64,000 nucleotides of DNA from an uncultured Syntrophobacteraceae bacterium (GTDB taxonomy: Bacteria > Desulfobacterota > Binatia > UBA9968), in contig CAZNES010000011.1 in assembly GCA_964572145.1 (NCBI GenBank), positions 8,687 to 72,686 of the forward strand, written 5' to 3'. Position numbers and translations under genes: made by a program. Positions 38,028-47,705 of this stretch are shown here, one piece after another. Numbering within the stretch: position 1 is the first letter of the stretch; each line of letters begins with the position of its first letter. The notes below the pieces were generated by a model. That model saw nothing but the letters and a program-made list of their open reading frames with translations. It made no database searches and was not told where the DNA came from.

Positions 38028-38588
38028 GTGGAGAGCGTCAATCTTCCTTCGTCATCCCAAAGTCGTCTCATCGGATTGTCTCGCCGAACGCTCGAGAGCT
38101 TTGTCCGCAATGAGACCCAACGCGCCGAGTCCATCGACGATCCTTGTCTTTTGAATTCCGACTACGGCGCCTTCGTCAGCTTGCACCGGCAGGAGGAATT
38201 GCGCGGCTGCATCGGCACCTGCTTTCCGACCGCTCCGCTCTACGAGACGGTGATCGAGATGACCCAGGCGGCGGCCTCGCGCGACTGCCGCGTCGCCGCC
38301 ATCGCTTCGACCGAGCTGTCCGAGATCCGAATCGATATTTCCGTCTTGAGTCCCCTGCGGCCCGCTTCCGATCCGCTCCGTTTGGAAATCGGCAAGCACG
38401 GCCTCTACGTCGCAAGCGGCGGCAAGTGCGGCGTGCTCTTGCCTCAAGTCGCCGTTCAATACGGCTGGGACATGGAAATTTTCCTCGCGCAGACCTGCGT
38501 CAAGGCCGGCCTGCGCAAGAGCGCCTGGAAGCAGCCGGAAACGAAAGTCTCCAGCTTTATCGCGTTGATCATGGAGGAGGAACGATGA
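38028..38588 (+). CDS. AMMECR1-domain protein (AmmeMemoRadiSam system protein A-like)
   Basis: 186 aa. The GAFVSLH...LRGCIG AMMECR1 signature. Confidence 0.75.
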   Translation: MESVNLPSSSQSRLIGLSRRTLESFVRNETQRAESIDDPCLLNSDYGAFVSLHRQEELRGCIGTCFPTAPLYETVIEMTQAAASRDCRVAAIASTELSEIRIDISVLSPLRPASDPLRLEIGKHGLYVASGGKCGVLLPQVAVQYGWDMEIFLAQTCVKAGLRKSAWKQPETKVSSFIALIMEEER

Positions 38589-39397
38589 AACGGCGCTACT
38601 TCATTTCCCTGCTCGCCGGTTGGGCGCTGCTGGCGACGCGCCGCGTGCACGCGTTCTGCAACCCGGCGCTCGTGCGGCTGTTCGGCGGCGGCCCTGATCG
38701 GGTACAAATCCGCCCCGGCCCGACACCCAAGCTGGGCAATTATTTCGTTCAATGGTTCGGCCATTCGAGTTTTCTCATCCAATCGGGAAGCCAGACCAAA
38801 GTCGTCACCGATCCGAACCTCGACGTGACGCCGGGCATTCGCGCCGACGCGGTGACCGTGAGCAACGATCACATCACGCACAACAACGTCGGCGCGGTGT
38901 CGGGCGAGCCGGTGATTCTCCGCGGCATCACGCTGCGCCAGACCTGGAACCCGATTCGCACGAGCGTCAAAGACATTGCGATCGTCAACCTCCCGAGCCA
39001 AAGAGGGCCGGCCTGGGGCGCGGTGGCGAACTCGATCTTTGTCTACGAGATGGGCAGCCTCTGTCTCGCCCACCTGGGAAATCTCGGGCATCTGCTCACC
39101 CCCGAGCAAGAAAAGACGCTGCATCGCGTCGATGTCCTGATGGCGCCGATCGACGCGATGACCAATCTCGGCTTCGAGGACGTGCTCAGGGTGATCGAGC
39201 AGGTGCGGCCGCCGATCGTGATTCCGATGCACTACGACGTGGCGGGCCAAGCCGAGCGCTTCGCCGACTTTGTCGGCGACCGCTATCCCGTTCGCCGCCT
39301 GAAGGATTCCCAACTCATTTTAAGCCGCCCGGCGCTTCCCGCCTCCACGGAAATATTCATCCTGACTCATCCGCGCTCGTTTTTTCCCTGGAAATAG
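38585..39397 (+). CDS. MBL-fold metallo-hydrolase with a signal peptide
   Basis: Starts at the ATG overlapping the AMMECR1 stop. Signal peptide MKRRYFISLLAGWALLA. The His/Asp-rich MBL motifs (WFGHSSFLI, HYD) are present. Confidence 0.6.
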   Translation: MKRRYFISLLAGWALLATRRVHAFCNPALVRLFGGGPDRVQIRPGPTPKLGNYFVQWFGHSSFLIQSGSQTKVVTDPNLDVTPGIRADAVTVSNDHITHNNVGAVSGEPVILRGITLRQTWNPIRTSVKDIAIVNLPSQRGPAWGAVANSIFVYEMGSLCLAHLGNLGHLLTPEQEKTLHRVDVLMAPIDAMTNLGFEDVLRVIEQVRPPIVIPMHYDVAGQAERFADFVGDRYPVRRLKDSQLILSRPALPASTEIFILTHPRSFFPWK

Positions 39398-39627
39398 GGG
39401 CAGGCCTGCGTGCCTGCCCTGGGTGGGGAGGTGTTCTTGTAGGGGCGATCCTGCGTGATCGCCCTGGGGGGAGGGGAGGGCGGACACATAGGCCTGAGCC
39501 TGGTCGAAGGGTCCGCCCCTACAAAATTCCACGGACACCGGATAATTTGGGCAACGTCCGTTATTTTACTTCAAAGGTTATTAATGTTATAAAATTCGGA
39601 TTGAATTGTATTCGGACGAGGTTTGCT

Positions 39628-39990
39628 GTGAACCTGAGAGACGTCGACTTCTTCCGCAACCTATTGAACGAGCGCAGGCAGGAACTGCTCACCGAAGCGG
39701 GCAAAACCGTCGATGGGATGGACCAAAACGGAAACTTTCCCGACCCGACCGACCGCGCCGCGATGGAATCGGATCGCAGCTTCACCCTGCGCATGCGCGA
39801 CCGCGAGCGCAAGCTCATCGCCAAAATCGAAGAGGCCTTGCGGCGGTTGGAAGACGGCAGCTACGGCGTCTGCGAGGAGTGCGGCGAGAAGATCGGCGCG
39901 GCGCGACTCAAAGCCCGGCCGGTCACGACCCTTTGTATCGATTGCAAGTCGGTCCAGGAAGTCGCGGAGAGAAAAAACAAGTCCGTCTGA
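39628..39990 (+). CDS. dksA: DksA/TraR-family RNA-polymerase-binding protein
   Basis: A coiled-coil N-terminus and the C4 zinc finger CEECGEKI...CIDCK. The GTG start is chosen. The long upstream ORF 38752-39990 is an out-of-frame artefact. Confidence 0.75.
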   Translation: MNLRDVDFFRNLLNERRQELLTEAGKTVDGMDQNGNFPDPTDRAAMESDRSFTLRMRDRERKLIAKIEEALRRLEDGSYGVCEECGEKIGAARLKARPVTTLCIDCKSVQEVAERKNKSV

Positions 39991-40002
39991 TTCTTCCACG
40001 TC

Positions 40003-40872
40003 ATGAAAGTCAAAAAGGCCGTCATACCGGTCGCCGGCTTGGGCACGCGCCTTCTGCCCGCGACCAAAACCGTCCCGAAAGAGCTTCTGCCGATCGTGGA
40101 CACCCCCGCGATCCAGTACGTCGTCCAGGAGGCGGTGGATTCCGGACTCACCGAGATGATCTTTGTCACCGCCAGAGGAAAAGACGGCATCGAGGATCAT
40201 TTCGACGAAGCGCCGGAGCTCGAGCTGGTCCTGGTGCAGCGGGGACAAAGAGAGATACTGGAACGGCTCAAGGCGATCTCCGGGATGATCGATATCGTCT
40301 CGGTCCGGCAGAAGCAGCCTTTGGGACTCGGCCATGCGGTTCTTTCCGCCAAGCATCTGGTCGGGGACGAGCCCTTTGCCGTTCTGCTCTCGGACGATCT
40401 GATCGACGATCCGATTCCGTGCGTGCGGCAGTTACTCAACGTTTTCGAAGCGAAGGGAGAATCGGTCCTGGCGCTCAGAAAGGTGCCCCGGCCCGATGTA
40501 CGGCGCTACGGCATCATTCAAGGGCCGATGATAAGCGACCGGACCTACGAGGTTCAGTCGATGATCGAAAAGCCCGAGCCGAAAGATGCGCCGTCGGAGC
40601 TGGCCATCGTCGGCCGCTACATTCTTCACCAGGATATCTTTTCCTATTTGGAGAAGGTTAAGCCGGGCAAAGGCGGCGAAATACAGCTCACCGACGGAAT
40701 CGCCGAGCTCGCGCGCCGGAGAAAAGTCTACGGTTATGAATTTACCGGCGAGCACTATGACGTCGGCGACAAGCTGGGCGTCGTGCGCGCCAACGTCGCC
40801 TACGCGCTCAAAAGACCGGACCTCAGGGATCCGCTTATGAAATATCTCGCGAAGGTGGTGGGCAAGGACTAA
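40003..40872 (+). CDS. galU: UTP--glucose-1-phosphate uridylyltransferase
   Basis: 289 aa. VIPVAGLGTRLLPATKTVPKELLPIVD is the GalU N-terminal signature. Confidence 0.9.
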   Translation: MKVKKAVIPVAGLGTRLLPATKTVPKELLPIVDTPAIQYVVQEAVDSGLTEMIFVTARGKDGIEDHFDEAPELELVLVQRGQREILERLKAISGMIDIVSVRQKQPLGLGHAVLSAKHLVGDEPFAVLLSDDLIDDPIPCVRQLLNVFEAKGESVLALRKVPRPDVRRYGIIQGPMISDRTYEVQSMIEKPEPKDAPSELAIVGRYILHQDIFSYLEKVKPGKGGEIQLTDGIAELARRRKVYGYEFTGEHYDVGDKLGVVRANVAYALKRPDLRDPLMKYLAKVVGKD

Positions 40873-40928
40873 CCGTCGCACAGTTGCGACGGGGAAACTC
40901 AGCACTCAGGACTCAGCACTATTTTTGT

Positions 40929-41004
40929 GGGGCCGTAGCTCAGCTGGGAGAGCGTCGCGTTCGCAACGCGAAGGTCAGGGGTTCGACTCCCCTCGGCTCC
41001 ACCA
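40929..41004 (+). tRNA. tRNA-Ala (CGC)
   Basis: GGGGCCGTAGCTCAGCTGGGAGAGCGTCGCGTTCGCAACGCGAAGGTCAGGGGTTCGACTCCCCTCGGCTCCACCA. The G3:U70 identity pair is present, the anticodon is CGC and CCA is encoded. Confidence 0.9.
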
Positions 41005-41200
41005 TTCGACTCGCGGGCATAACGCCCGCTCGCTCATGGCAGGCCATTCAGGACTAACCCACTCATCGAGGCGAATGGTGCCCTGAGCAACGTCGAAGGG
41101 CTATCGGGTTCTTCGACTCGCCTGAAAGAACTCAGGCTCGCTCATGGCAGGCCATTCTCGGATTCATCTCGGTTTCGAGTCGAAGGGCCGTCTAGCAATG
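41005..41200 (+). repeat. tandem direct repeat (two units of ~107 bp) abutting the tRNA-Ala 3' end
   Basis: TTCGACTCGC...GCTCGCTCATGGCAGGCCATTC occurs at 41005-41047 and 41112-41158. GTCGAAGGGC also recurs. Confidence 0.6.
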
Positions 41201-41246
41201 CGATTTCTTTTGCGCTAATTTGCTGGAGTCGCAGGAGGGCACTCTA

Positions 41247-41909
41247 ATGGATCGGCGCAAATTCCATTTTGAACCGTTTGAAGCTCTAATTGTCTGCTGC
41301 GGCATTGTGTCGCTCTTGTTGGCCGTCTCCGGCTGCTCGAGCGTCCAGGGACAAATAGAAGCCGGCCGGAGGGATTTGCTTTACGGCGATCCAAACCTCG
41401 CGACGGCATATTTCGAGCGAGCGGCGGAGACGGCCCCCGATCGGCTTTATTTCAGCGTGCTCCCGGAAGGATCGTTGACCTACTTAGGACGCGGGTACTA
41501 CGCCACGGGAAAACTTCCCGAGGCGCGCCAGGCATTGGAGCGCGCCGTCTCCCGCTACGAGCAGGACAATCTTGCCAAGCTCTACCTGGGCCTGGTGCGC
41601 GTGCGCCAGGGAGACCGGGAGCGCGGACTGCGGGAGGTCGAAAGCGGCCTGCGCGGCATTCACGACTGGATCGAATACGTCGCACAGCGTTTCGCGTTTT
41701 CCTACGGCCGCTTCTGGGACCCCGGCAGACCGATCCGTAAACAGATCGAAGCGGACCTCGCCATGATCTCCTCGGGAAAAGTCGATGGGTCCAAACTCAT
41801 CGCCGACGCCGAGTGGGTGGGGAGACAGATAGAAGAGGAGATCGACCGCGCGCGCCGGGACGAAACCGACGATAGGTTCAGGGACGGCGACAACGGGGGC
41901 CGCCGGTAG
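41247..41909 (+). CDS. hypothetical lipoprotein (TPR-like)
   Basis: MDRRKF..LLLAVSGCSS lipobox. No family recognised. Confidence 0.45.
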   Translation: MDRRKFHFEPFEALIVCCGIVSLLLAVSGCSSVQGQIEAGRRDLLYGDPNLATAYFERAAETAPDRLYFSVLPEGSLTYLGRGYYATGKLPEARQALERAVSRYEQDNLAKLYLGLVRVRQGDRERGLREVESGLRGIHDWIEYVAQRFAFSYGRFWDPGRPIRKQIEADLAMISSGKVDGSKLIADAEWVGRQIEEEIDRARRDETDDRFRDGDNGGRR

Positions 41910-42335
41910 AAAAGTGATATCTCCGCGCTTGCCGCAGGCGCGAATCGAAACGGCCGGCCTTGCCTTTCCCTCCTTCCGCTACAACCATCTTTCTGCACGA
42001 TCGCCGTTTGTCACCTGACAACCTGGCCCTTTAATCATTGAGAGATCCCATCTCGACAACGGATCTCTCTCTGCCCTTTTATCTGCTTTCACCAATCTTG
42101 TTCGCAGTGACTGGTCCACGATTGTTCTTGTTCTGGCAAAGCGAAAGGTTTTTGGATATGTTGCTCGCCGGGCCACAATCAACCTGGAGGCAACTTTGGA
42201 GGGTTCAACTCAACGTGGAGGCATCATGACAAATTGGCTTTGGCTGGGTTCAGCTGTTCTCCTCTGTGTACAGCGGGCCGTCCTCCATCTCGCCAACGTT
42301 TCTATCTCCCCTTGGTAGGTGACACTGATTGGCCA

Positions 42336-42411
42336 CTAACCGTAGCTCAGTTGGGAGTGCGCTAGAATCACGCTCTAGAGGTCGGGGGTTCGACTCCTCT
42401 CGGCTCCACCA
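42336..42411 (+). other. tRNA-like chimera / pseudo-tRNA (Val-CAC-type anticodon arm, tRNA-Ala-type 3' end, non-pairing acceptor 5' strand)
   Basis: The D arm GTAGCTCAGTTGGGAG, the anticodon arm CTAGA-ATCACGC-TCTAG (CAC) and the T arm plus 3' end GGGGGTTCGACTCCTCTCGGCTCCACCA differ by only one nucleotide from the tRNA-Ala 3' end at 40973-41004. The 5' seven nucleotides CTAACCG cannot pair with CGGCTCC. Confidence 0.45.
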
Positions 42412-42621
42412 GTTCAGGGGGATGATGGAACACCAGCCCCTTATTTTTTGGCAAAGGAGCCATTTTTTGGCTCATTCTTCTTCCCCGAGGTCACGCCCGC
42501 CTCCGGGGCTGACCTCGTCCGATCACCAATCGGCCTAAGCTCTAGGCGCTCTTCTTTTACCATTGAACAGATCCATCGGATAGTGTAACTACTCTGACCA
42601 GTTTACTCATCGGAGGATCCT

Positions 42622-45327
42622 ATGGCGACGCTGAACTGGCATTCTATGGGTGTCGATACCGTCTTGACGGAACTACACACAGATCCTCAACGAGGTTTAG
42701 CAGAGGATGAGGTGAGAAGGCGCATTGAGGAATATGGCTATAATGAGCTTAAAAAAGAAGAGAAGGTCTCTCCCTGGATCCTGTTCTTCAAACAGTTCAA
42801 GAACATCCTCATCGTCATCCTGCTGATTGCAACGGTCCTATCGGCCCTCCTCGGGGAGATGGTGGATGCCACCATCATCATGGCCATCGTCATCTTCTGC
42901 GCGGTCCTGGGCTTCGTCCAGGAGTACCGGGCGGAGCAGGCCCTGGAGGCCCTGAAGAAAATGCTCACGCCTACCATCACAGCGATCAGGGGAGGGAAGG
43001 AACACGAGATCCCCTCGAAGGAGTTAGTTCCAGGAGACATCATGCTCCTTGAGGCGGGAGATAAAATCCCCGCTGATGGCCGGTCCGTCGAAGTCCACTC
43101 CCTGAAATGCGATGAGGCTCCCCTGACAGGAGAATCCTTTCCGGTGGAGAAGGAGACCAAGCTACTGCCTGAGCATATAGCCGTGGGAGACAGAAAAAAC
43201 ATGGTCTTCACAGGCACCACCGTCACCTACGGGAGAGCAAAGGTAGTGGTCACAACCACGGGCATGAATACAGAGTTTGGCAAGATCGCCGAAGAGGTGG
43301 CGTCAGTCGCCAAAGAAGAGACGCCCCTTGAAAAGAGGACAGCAGAGATCGGTAAATGGCTAGGGATCATCTGCCTGGCCGTATGCTTTTTGGCTGCGGG
43401 CATCAGCATTATCAAGGAGCTGATGGTGGGAAAGCTTGATCTCCAGTTCACGATCACAATGGTGACGTTCGGTATCGCTCTTGCGGTGGCGGCGGTTCCT
43501 GAGGCGCTGGCCGCCATCGTGACCGGCGCGCTGGCGATCGGCATGCATGAAATGGCCAAGAGAAACGCGCTGGTGAGAAAGATGCCGGCGGTGGAGACGC
43601 TGGGATGCACGACGGTGATCTGCTCGGATAAAACAGGGACCCTTACGAAAGGGGAGATGACGGTGCGGAAGTTCTTTAGCGGGGAAAGGATGATTGAGGT
43701 GACCGGCGCTGGTTACACCCCCGAAGGTGGTTTTAGCGCAGCGATCAATGATCCATCCGCCCAGTGGCTTCTGAAGGCGGGGCTCCTGTGCAGCGATGCC
43801 GTGCTTGAAGAAAAAGAGGACCGCTGGTCCGTCAAAGGAGATCCTACTGAGGGCGCACTCGTGGTGCTCGCCGTCAAGTCAGGGTTGCATCAGGAGGAGA
43901 CCCGGCTTGAGTGCCCGAGGATCGAGGAGTTTCCGTTCAGCTCTGAGAGAAAGCGGATGACGACGATCCATACGATGGGAGATGGGAAGAGAGTGGCGTT
44001 TGTGAAAGGGGCTCCAGAAGTGCTCCTGGAGAGATGCTCCTCTCTCCTGGATGGAGGAGAACTGAGAGCGTTAACCAATGGCGAAGGGGAAAGAATTCTG
44101 AACGTCAATGAGGAGATGGCCAAGGACGCCTTAAGGGTTCTGGGCATCGCCTATAAAGAACTCCCAGAGATGGATGGGTATGGCGAGGAGTCCGTTGAAA
44201 GAGACCTGGTCTTCCTCGGCCTGGTCGGAATGATGGATCCTCCCAGGGAGGAGGCCACAGAGGCAGTAAAGGTGTGTCGCCAGGTGCATATCAAACCCGT
44301 CATGATCACAGGGGATCACAGGCTGACTGCCGTGGCCATCGCAAAAGAGATTGGTATCTACCGTGATGGAGATCTCGTTCTCACGGGCGAGGAACTTGAC
44401 AAGATGAGCGAGGAGGAGTTCGAACGGATTGTTGAAAGAGTGACCGTCTATGCCAGGGTCTCGCCCATGGACAAGCTGAAGATCATCAAGGCATGGAAGA
44501 AAAAGGGCGAGGTAGTCGCCATGACCGGCGACGGAGTCAACGACGCCCCGGCCCTCAAGCACGCCGACATTGGGATCGCCATGGGGATCACAGGAACCGA
44601 GGTGGCCAAGGAGGCTGCGGATGTAGTCCTGATGGACGATAACTTTGCCACTATTATCCAGGCTATTGAGCGGGGAAGGTGGATCTATGACAACATTAAA
44701 AAGTACCTCACCTATCTACTGAGAGCGAACATCACGGAGGTGGTGGTCCTCGGCGGAGTCGTCATGATCACGGACCCCGAGTTCTTGCCTCTCCTGCCGG
44801 CGGCGATCCTCTACATCAATTTGGCCACGGACGGGCCTCCGGCGCTGGCGCTGGGTGTGGCGCCTCCCGACCCTGACATTATGCAGAGACCCCCGCGAGA
44901 CCCGAAAGAGAGCGTGTTTTCATGGGACGTCAGAGCCCTCGTCCTGCTGGGGGTGGTCATCGAGTGCCCCATCTTCTTGTGGGTCTTCTTCCAGAACTTT
45001 GCCAATCTAGAGCTGGCAAGAACGAAGGTCTTCTTCATGTACGTGCTCATCGAGTTGATCCTCGCCCTCAATTTCCGCTCGTTGAAGTACAGCATCTTCC
45101 AGGCGCCCCCCCACAAATCGCTCGTTCTGTCGATTGTCGGCACCTTGGTATTCACCGCTGCCTTGATCCAGATTTCCTCCGTGCGCGAGGCATTTGGAAT
45201 CGCCCTGCCAGCTGCCTCGGACCTTGGTATAATTTTGGCTCTGGGCCTATTCGTCACGATCACGATCGAAATTACCAAAGCTGTTTTGAGGGCCAAGGCA
45301 CCTGGGGTGGGAGGGGTCTCCGCCTAA
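42622..45327 (+). CDS. cation-transporting P-type ATPase (type IIA-like, Ca2+/Mg2+)
   Basis: 901 aa. DKTGTLT phosphorylation motif, TGDGVNDAPAL hinge motif, and a 10-TM architecture. Its codon usage has lower GC3 than the neighbouring genes. Confidence 0.9.
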   Translation: MATLNWHSMGVDTVLTELHTDPQRGLAEDEVRRRIEEYGYNELKKEEKVSPWILFFKQFKNILIVILLIATVLSALLGEMVDATIIMAIVIFCAVLGFVQEYRAEQALEALKKMLTPTITAIRGGKEHEIPSKELVPGDIMLLEAGDKIPADGRSVEVHSLKCDEAPLTGESFPVEKETKLLPEHIAVGDRKNMVFTGTTVTYGRAKVVVTTTGMNTEFGKIAEEVASVAKEETPLEKRTAEIGKWLGIICLAVCFLAAGISIIKELMVGKLDLQFTITMVTFGIALAVAAVPEALAAIVTGALAIGMHEMAKRNALVRKMPAVETLGCTTVICSDKTGTLTKGEMTVRKFFSGERMIEVTGAGYTPEGGFSAAINDPSAQWLLKAGLLCSDAVLEEKEDRWSVKGDPTEGALVVLAVKSGLHQEETRLECPRIEEFPFSSERKRMTTIHTMGDGKRVAFVKGAPEVLLERCSSLLDGGELRALTNGEGERILNVNEEMAKDALRVLGIAYKELPEMDGYGEESVERDLVFLGLVGMMDPPREEATEAVKVCRQVHIKPVMITGDHRLTAVAIAKEIGIYRDGDLVLTGEELDKMSEEEFERIVERVTVYARVSPMDKLKIIKAWKKKGEVVAMTGDGVNDAPALKHADIGIAMGITGTEVAKEAADVVLMDDNFATIIQAIERGRWIYDNIKKYLTYLLRANITEVVVLGGVVMITDPEFLPLLPAAILYINLATDGPPALALGVAPPDPDIMQRPPRDPKESVFSWDVRALVLLGVVIECPIFLWVFFQNFANLELARTKVFFMYVLIELILALNFRSLKYSIFQAPPHKSLVLSIVGTLVFTAALIQISSVREAFGIALPAASDLGIILALGLFVTITIEITKAVLRAKAPGVGGVSA

Positions 45328-45348
45328 AGAGTCGGACCGAGACTGGCG

Positions 45349-46542
45349 TTGATAAGTGTGAGATCAGAAGTCAAGCCCCTTCTTTGGCTGCTCGCATCGG
45401 TTTCCCTGGCCTTACAGTGGATTATCTTTCATCTTTCCGGCGTACCTATTTCACCAGAGTGGCAGGCTCTAAGCGCCGGCCTCGCGATTTTTGGAGCGGC
45501 GTTTCTTCTCTCTTGGTCCGCCGAGCTTGCGCAACTCGATATTCCTCAGGCTTTGGCCCTCGCTTTCCTTGCTCTCATCGCCGTTTTGCCGGAGTACGCG
45601 GTAGACATGTACTTCACCTGGATGGCGGGGAAGAACCCGCAATACACGGCGTACGCGACCGCAAACATGACCGGCGCCAATCGTCTGCTCATAGGGGTGG
45701 GCTGGGCCGCCGTCATCTTCACCTATTGGCTCAAGACCCGTCACCGCTCTTTTGCCCTTGAGCCCTCTCACAAGATCGAAATTCTATATCTTACTCTCGC
45801 GACCGTTTACTCGTTTCTGATCCCGCTTAAGGGCCAGCTCGATCTCCTCGACGCCGTCGTCCTGATCAGCCTTTTTGGATTCTACATCTGGACGGCAACC
45901 CAGGCGGCTCACGTAGAGCCGGACCTCGAAGGGCCGACGGAAATGATCGCCGCGTGGGGAACGCCCTCACGGCGCGCGACAACCCTGGCGTTGTTCCTGA
46001 TTTCCGGTTACACCATCTTTATTTCGGCTGAGCCGTTTGCCGAGGGTCTCCTGGCCACCGGCCGGACTTTCGGCATCGAAGAGTTTGTGCTGGTTCAGTG
46101 GCTGGCACCGTTGGCCTCCGAGTCGCCCGAATTCATCGTAGCGATTCTCTTCGCCCTGCGCGCCAACCCGGGGGCGAGTCTCGGCACGCTGCTCTCTTCC
46201 AAGGTCAATCAGTGGACGCTGCTGGTGGGAATGCTCCCGGTCGTCTATATGGTCTCGGCCGGCCGGCTGACGCCGATGCATATGGACGCGCGGCAAGTGG
46301 AAGAGATGCTGCTAACTTCGGCGCAGTCCGTATTCGCGGTTGCGGTGCTGATCAATCTATCCTTCTCTCTGATGGAGGCGGGCGTCTTGTTTGTGCTCTT
46401 TACCACCCAGCTTTTGATTCCCGACCCGACGTTTCGCTACTTCTTCTCGTTCCTCTATATTGCCTTGACGATCGGAATTTTCATCTTCAACAAGGAAAGT
46501 CGCAGCGCTTTGGTCGGGCTTTTCTCGCGGTCTAAAACATGA
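45349..46542 (+). CDS. polytopic membrane protein, putative cation (Ca2+) exchanger (CaCA-like)
   Basis: 397 aa with about 10 TM segments and an internal two-fold repeat. It lies directly downstream of the P-type ATPase. The family call is tentative. Confidence 0.4.
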   Translation: MISVRSEVKPLLWLLASVSLALQWIIFHLSGVPISPEWQALSAGLAIFGAAFLLSWSAELAQLDIPQALALAFLALIAVLPEYAVDMYFTWMAGKNPQYTAYATANMTGANRLLIGVGWAAVIFTYWLKTRHRSFALEPSHKIEILYLTLATVYSFLIPLKGQLDLLDAVVLISLFGFYIWTATQAAHVEPDLEGPTEMIAAWGTPSRRATTLALFLISGYTIFISAEPFAEGLLATGRTFGIEEFVLVQWLAPLASESPEFIVAILFALRANPGASLGTLLSSKVNQWTLLVGMLPVVYMVSAGRLTPMHMDARQVEEMLLTSAQSVFAVAVLINLSFSLMEAGVLFVLFTTQLLIPDPTFRYFFSFLYIALTIGIFIFNKESRSALVGLFSRSKT

Positions 46543-46563
46543 TCACGCCCGGCCGCGGCGCAG

Positions 46564-46782
46564 TCAAACCCGGCGAAACGGGAGGGTTCCGTTTTTAGAT
46601 ATCAGACGCCAAGTGTCGTCCGCATCATAGCTGACACGGACGACTTCGCCCGGTTCCAGATGAAATGATCGGTACTGGTTGAGAGGCGTTCCGGTGACGC
46701 GGCAAATTACCGACAGGATGGGAAAATTATGGCTGACGACGAGGAGCGTTTCGTCCGGACCATGGCGCCCACCGCGCCCCAA
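46564..46782 (-). pseudogene. diverged duplicate of the 3' end of the histidine-phosphatase gene (fragment)
   Basis: ETLLVVSHNFPILSVICRVTGTPLNQYRSFHLEPGEVVRVSYDADDTWRLISKNGTLPFRRV parallels the C-terminus of the 47706-48320 product. The DNA is roughly 78% identical. Confidence 0.8.
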
Positions 46783-46974
46783 AAAATCCCGATGCGCTGC
46801 TGCCGGCGCGGCAGCGTGCGCACCGCCATCGCGATGACCAGCGCGTTATCACCGGCCAACGTCAAATCGATGACAACAATCTTAAGCCAGCTCAGAATGA
46901 ATTCCCAATGCATTGAAAAGCTGTTCCTTCAGCAGACCCCGTTTGAAATGAAGAAATTCGGACGGGTGTTTTAG

Positions 46975-47559
46975 TCAGTGCTTTTTCCCGATATCCACGA
47001 GAAACGAGACCAAGCGGGCCGGCTTCGTTGCTCCTGAACGTTTGGCGATCCGGATCTCTATCTCATTCAACCTCGACGCCACGCTCTGCTTCAAGATCGT
47101 AAGCTCTTCTTCCCTCGCAGCTAGAAGGAGATCTCTCTGTTTGATCTCGGAAAGCAGTTTTTCCAGCTCTCCACTGATCCTTTTCTCCAGCTCCTGCAGC
47201 TGGCTTTCTTTTGCGCATAAAGCGGCATACTTTTCATCCATCTTTTTCTCCCACCCGTCCAGATCCACCGCGCTCTCCTCTTCCAGGGCGATAAAGCTCT
47301 CGGGAAGATTTTGGCCGCCGCTTGTCGCGCTCACCTGCCTCTGCGCTTCGGCAATCTGTGAAAGAATATTCGACTCCACTACGCGAGCGCGGCCCGTCTC
47401 CTGTTTGAACTGCGACTCTATCTGTCCCAAGCGTAAAGCAACGTTTTCAACGAGCGCTTCTACTCTTTGCATCCGATTCTGAACGCCGTCGGAGATTTTT
47501 CCGGACTTTTTTTTACGCCCCTTCATGATGGCCTCCTCGTCTGCATGGACTTGGCCCAA
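46975..47559 (-). CDS. hypothetical coiled-coil protein
   Basis: 194 aa of heptad-rich sequence (LQELEKRISGELEKLLSEIKQRDLLLAAREEEL). No family recognised. It lies between the phosphatase gene and its duplicated 3' fragment. Confidence 0.45.
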   Translation of the reverse strand: MGQVHADEEAIMKGRKKKSGKISDGVQNRMQRVEALVENVALRLGQIESQFKQETGRARVVESNILSQIAEAQRQVSATSGGQNLPESFIALEEESAVDLDGWEKKMDEKYAALCAKESQLQELEKRISGELEKLLSEIKQRDLLLAAREEELTILKQSVASRLNEIEIRIAKRSGATKPARLVSFLVDIGKKH

Positions 47560-47705
47560 TTCAGCTGCAGGTCTTGTACCCGCGGCCAGTGGACCCTACG
47601 CAAAAACGGGAGGAGCATAGTCAAAGCCCGATTGAAATGCAAGGCGAGCGCAAGCCGCAATCAAACGGCCCTGCAAAGAAAGAAGTCAGGAACTGGAAAG
47701 CCGGG

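Noticed and set aside
40873-40925. Hairpin CCGTCGCACAGTTGCGACGG after galU, as a possible terminator.
   Set aside because: The stem is good, but the T-run is displaced by ~25 nt containing ACTCAGCACT repeats. It is not convincing as an intrinsic terminator and is left uncalled.
41005-41200. Considered as a CRISPR array or tmRNA-like feature next to tRNA-Ala.
   Set aside because: There are only two ~107-bp units with no regular short repeat-spacer periodicity, and there are no cas genes. It is a tandem repeat or att scar.
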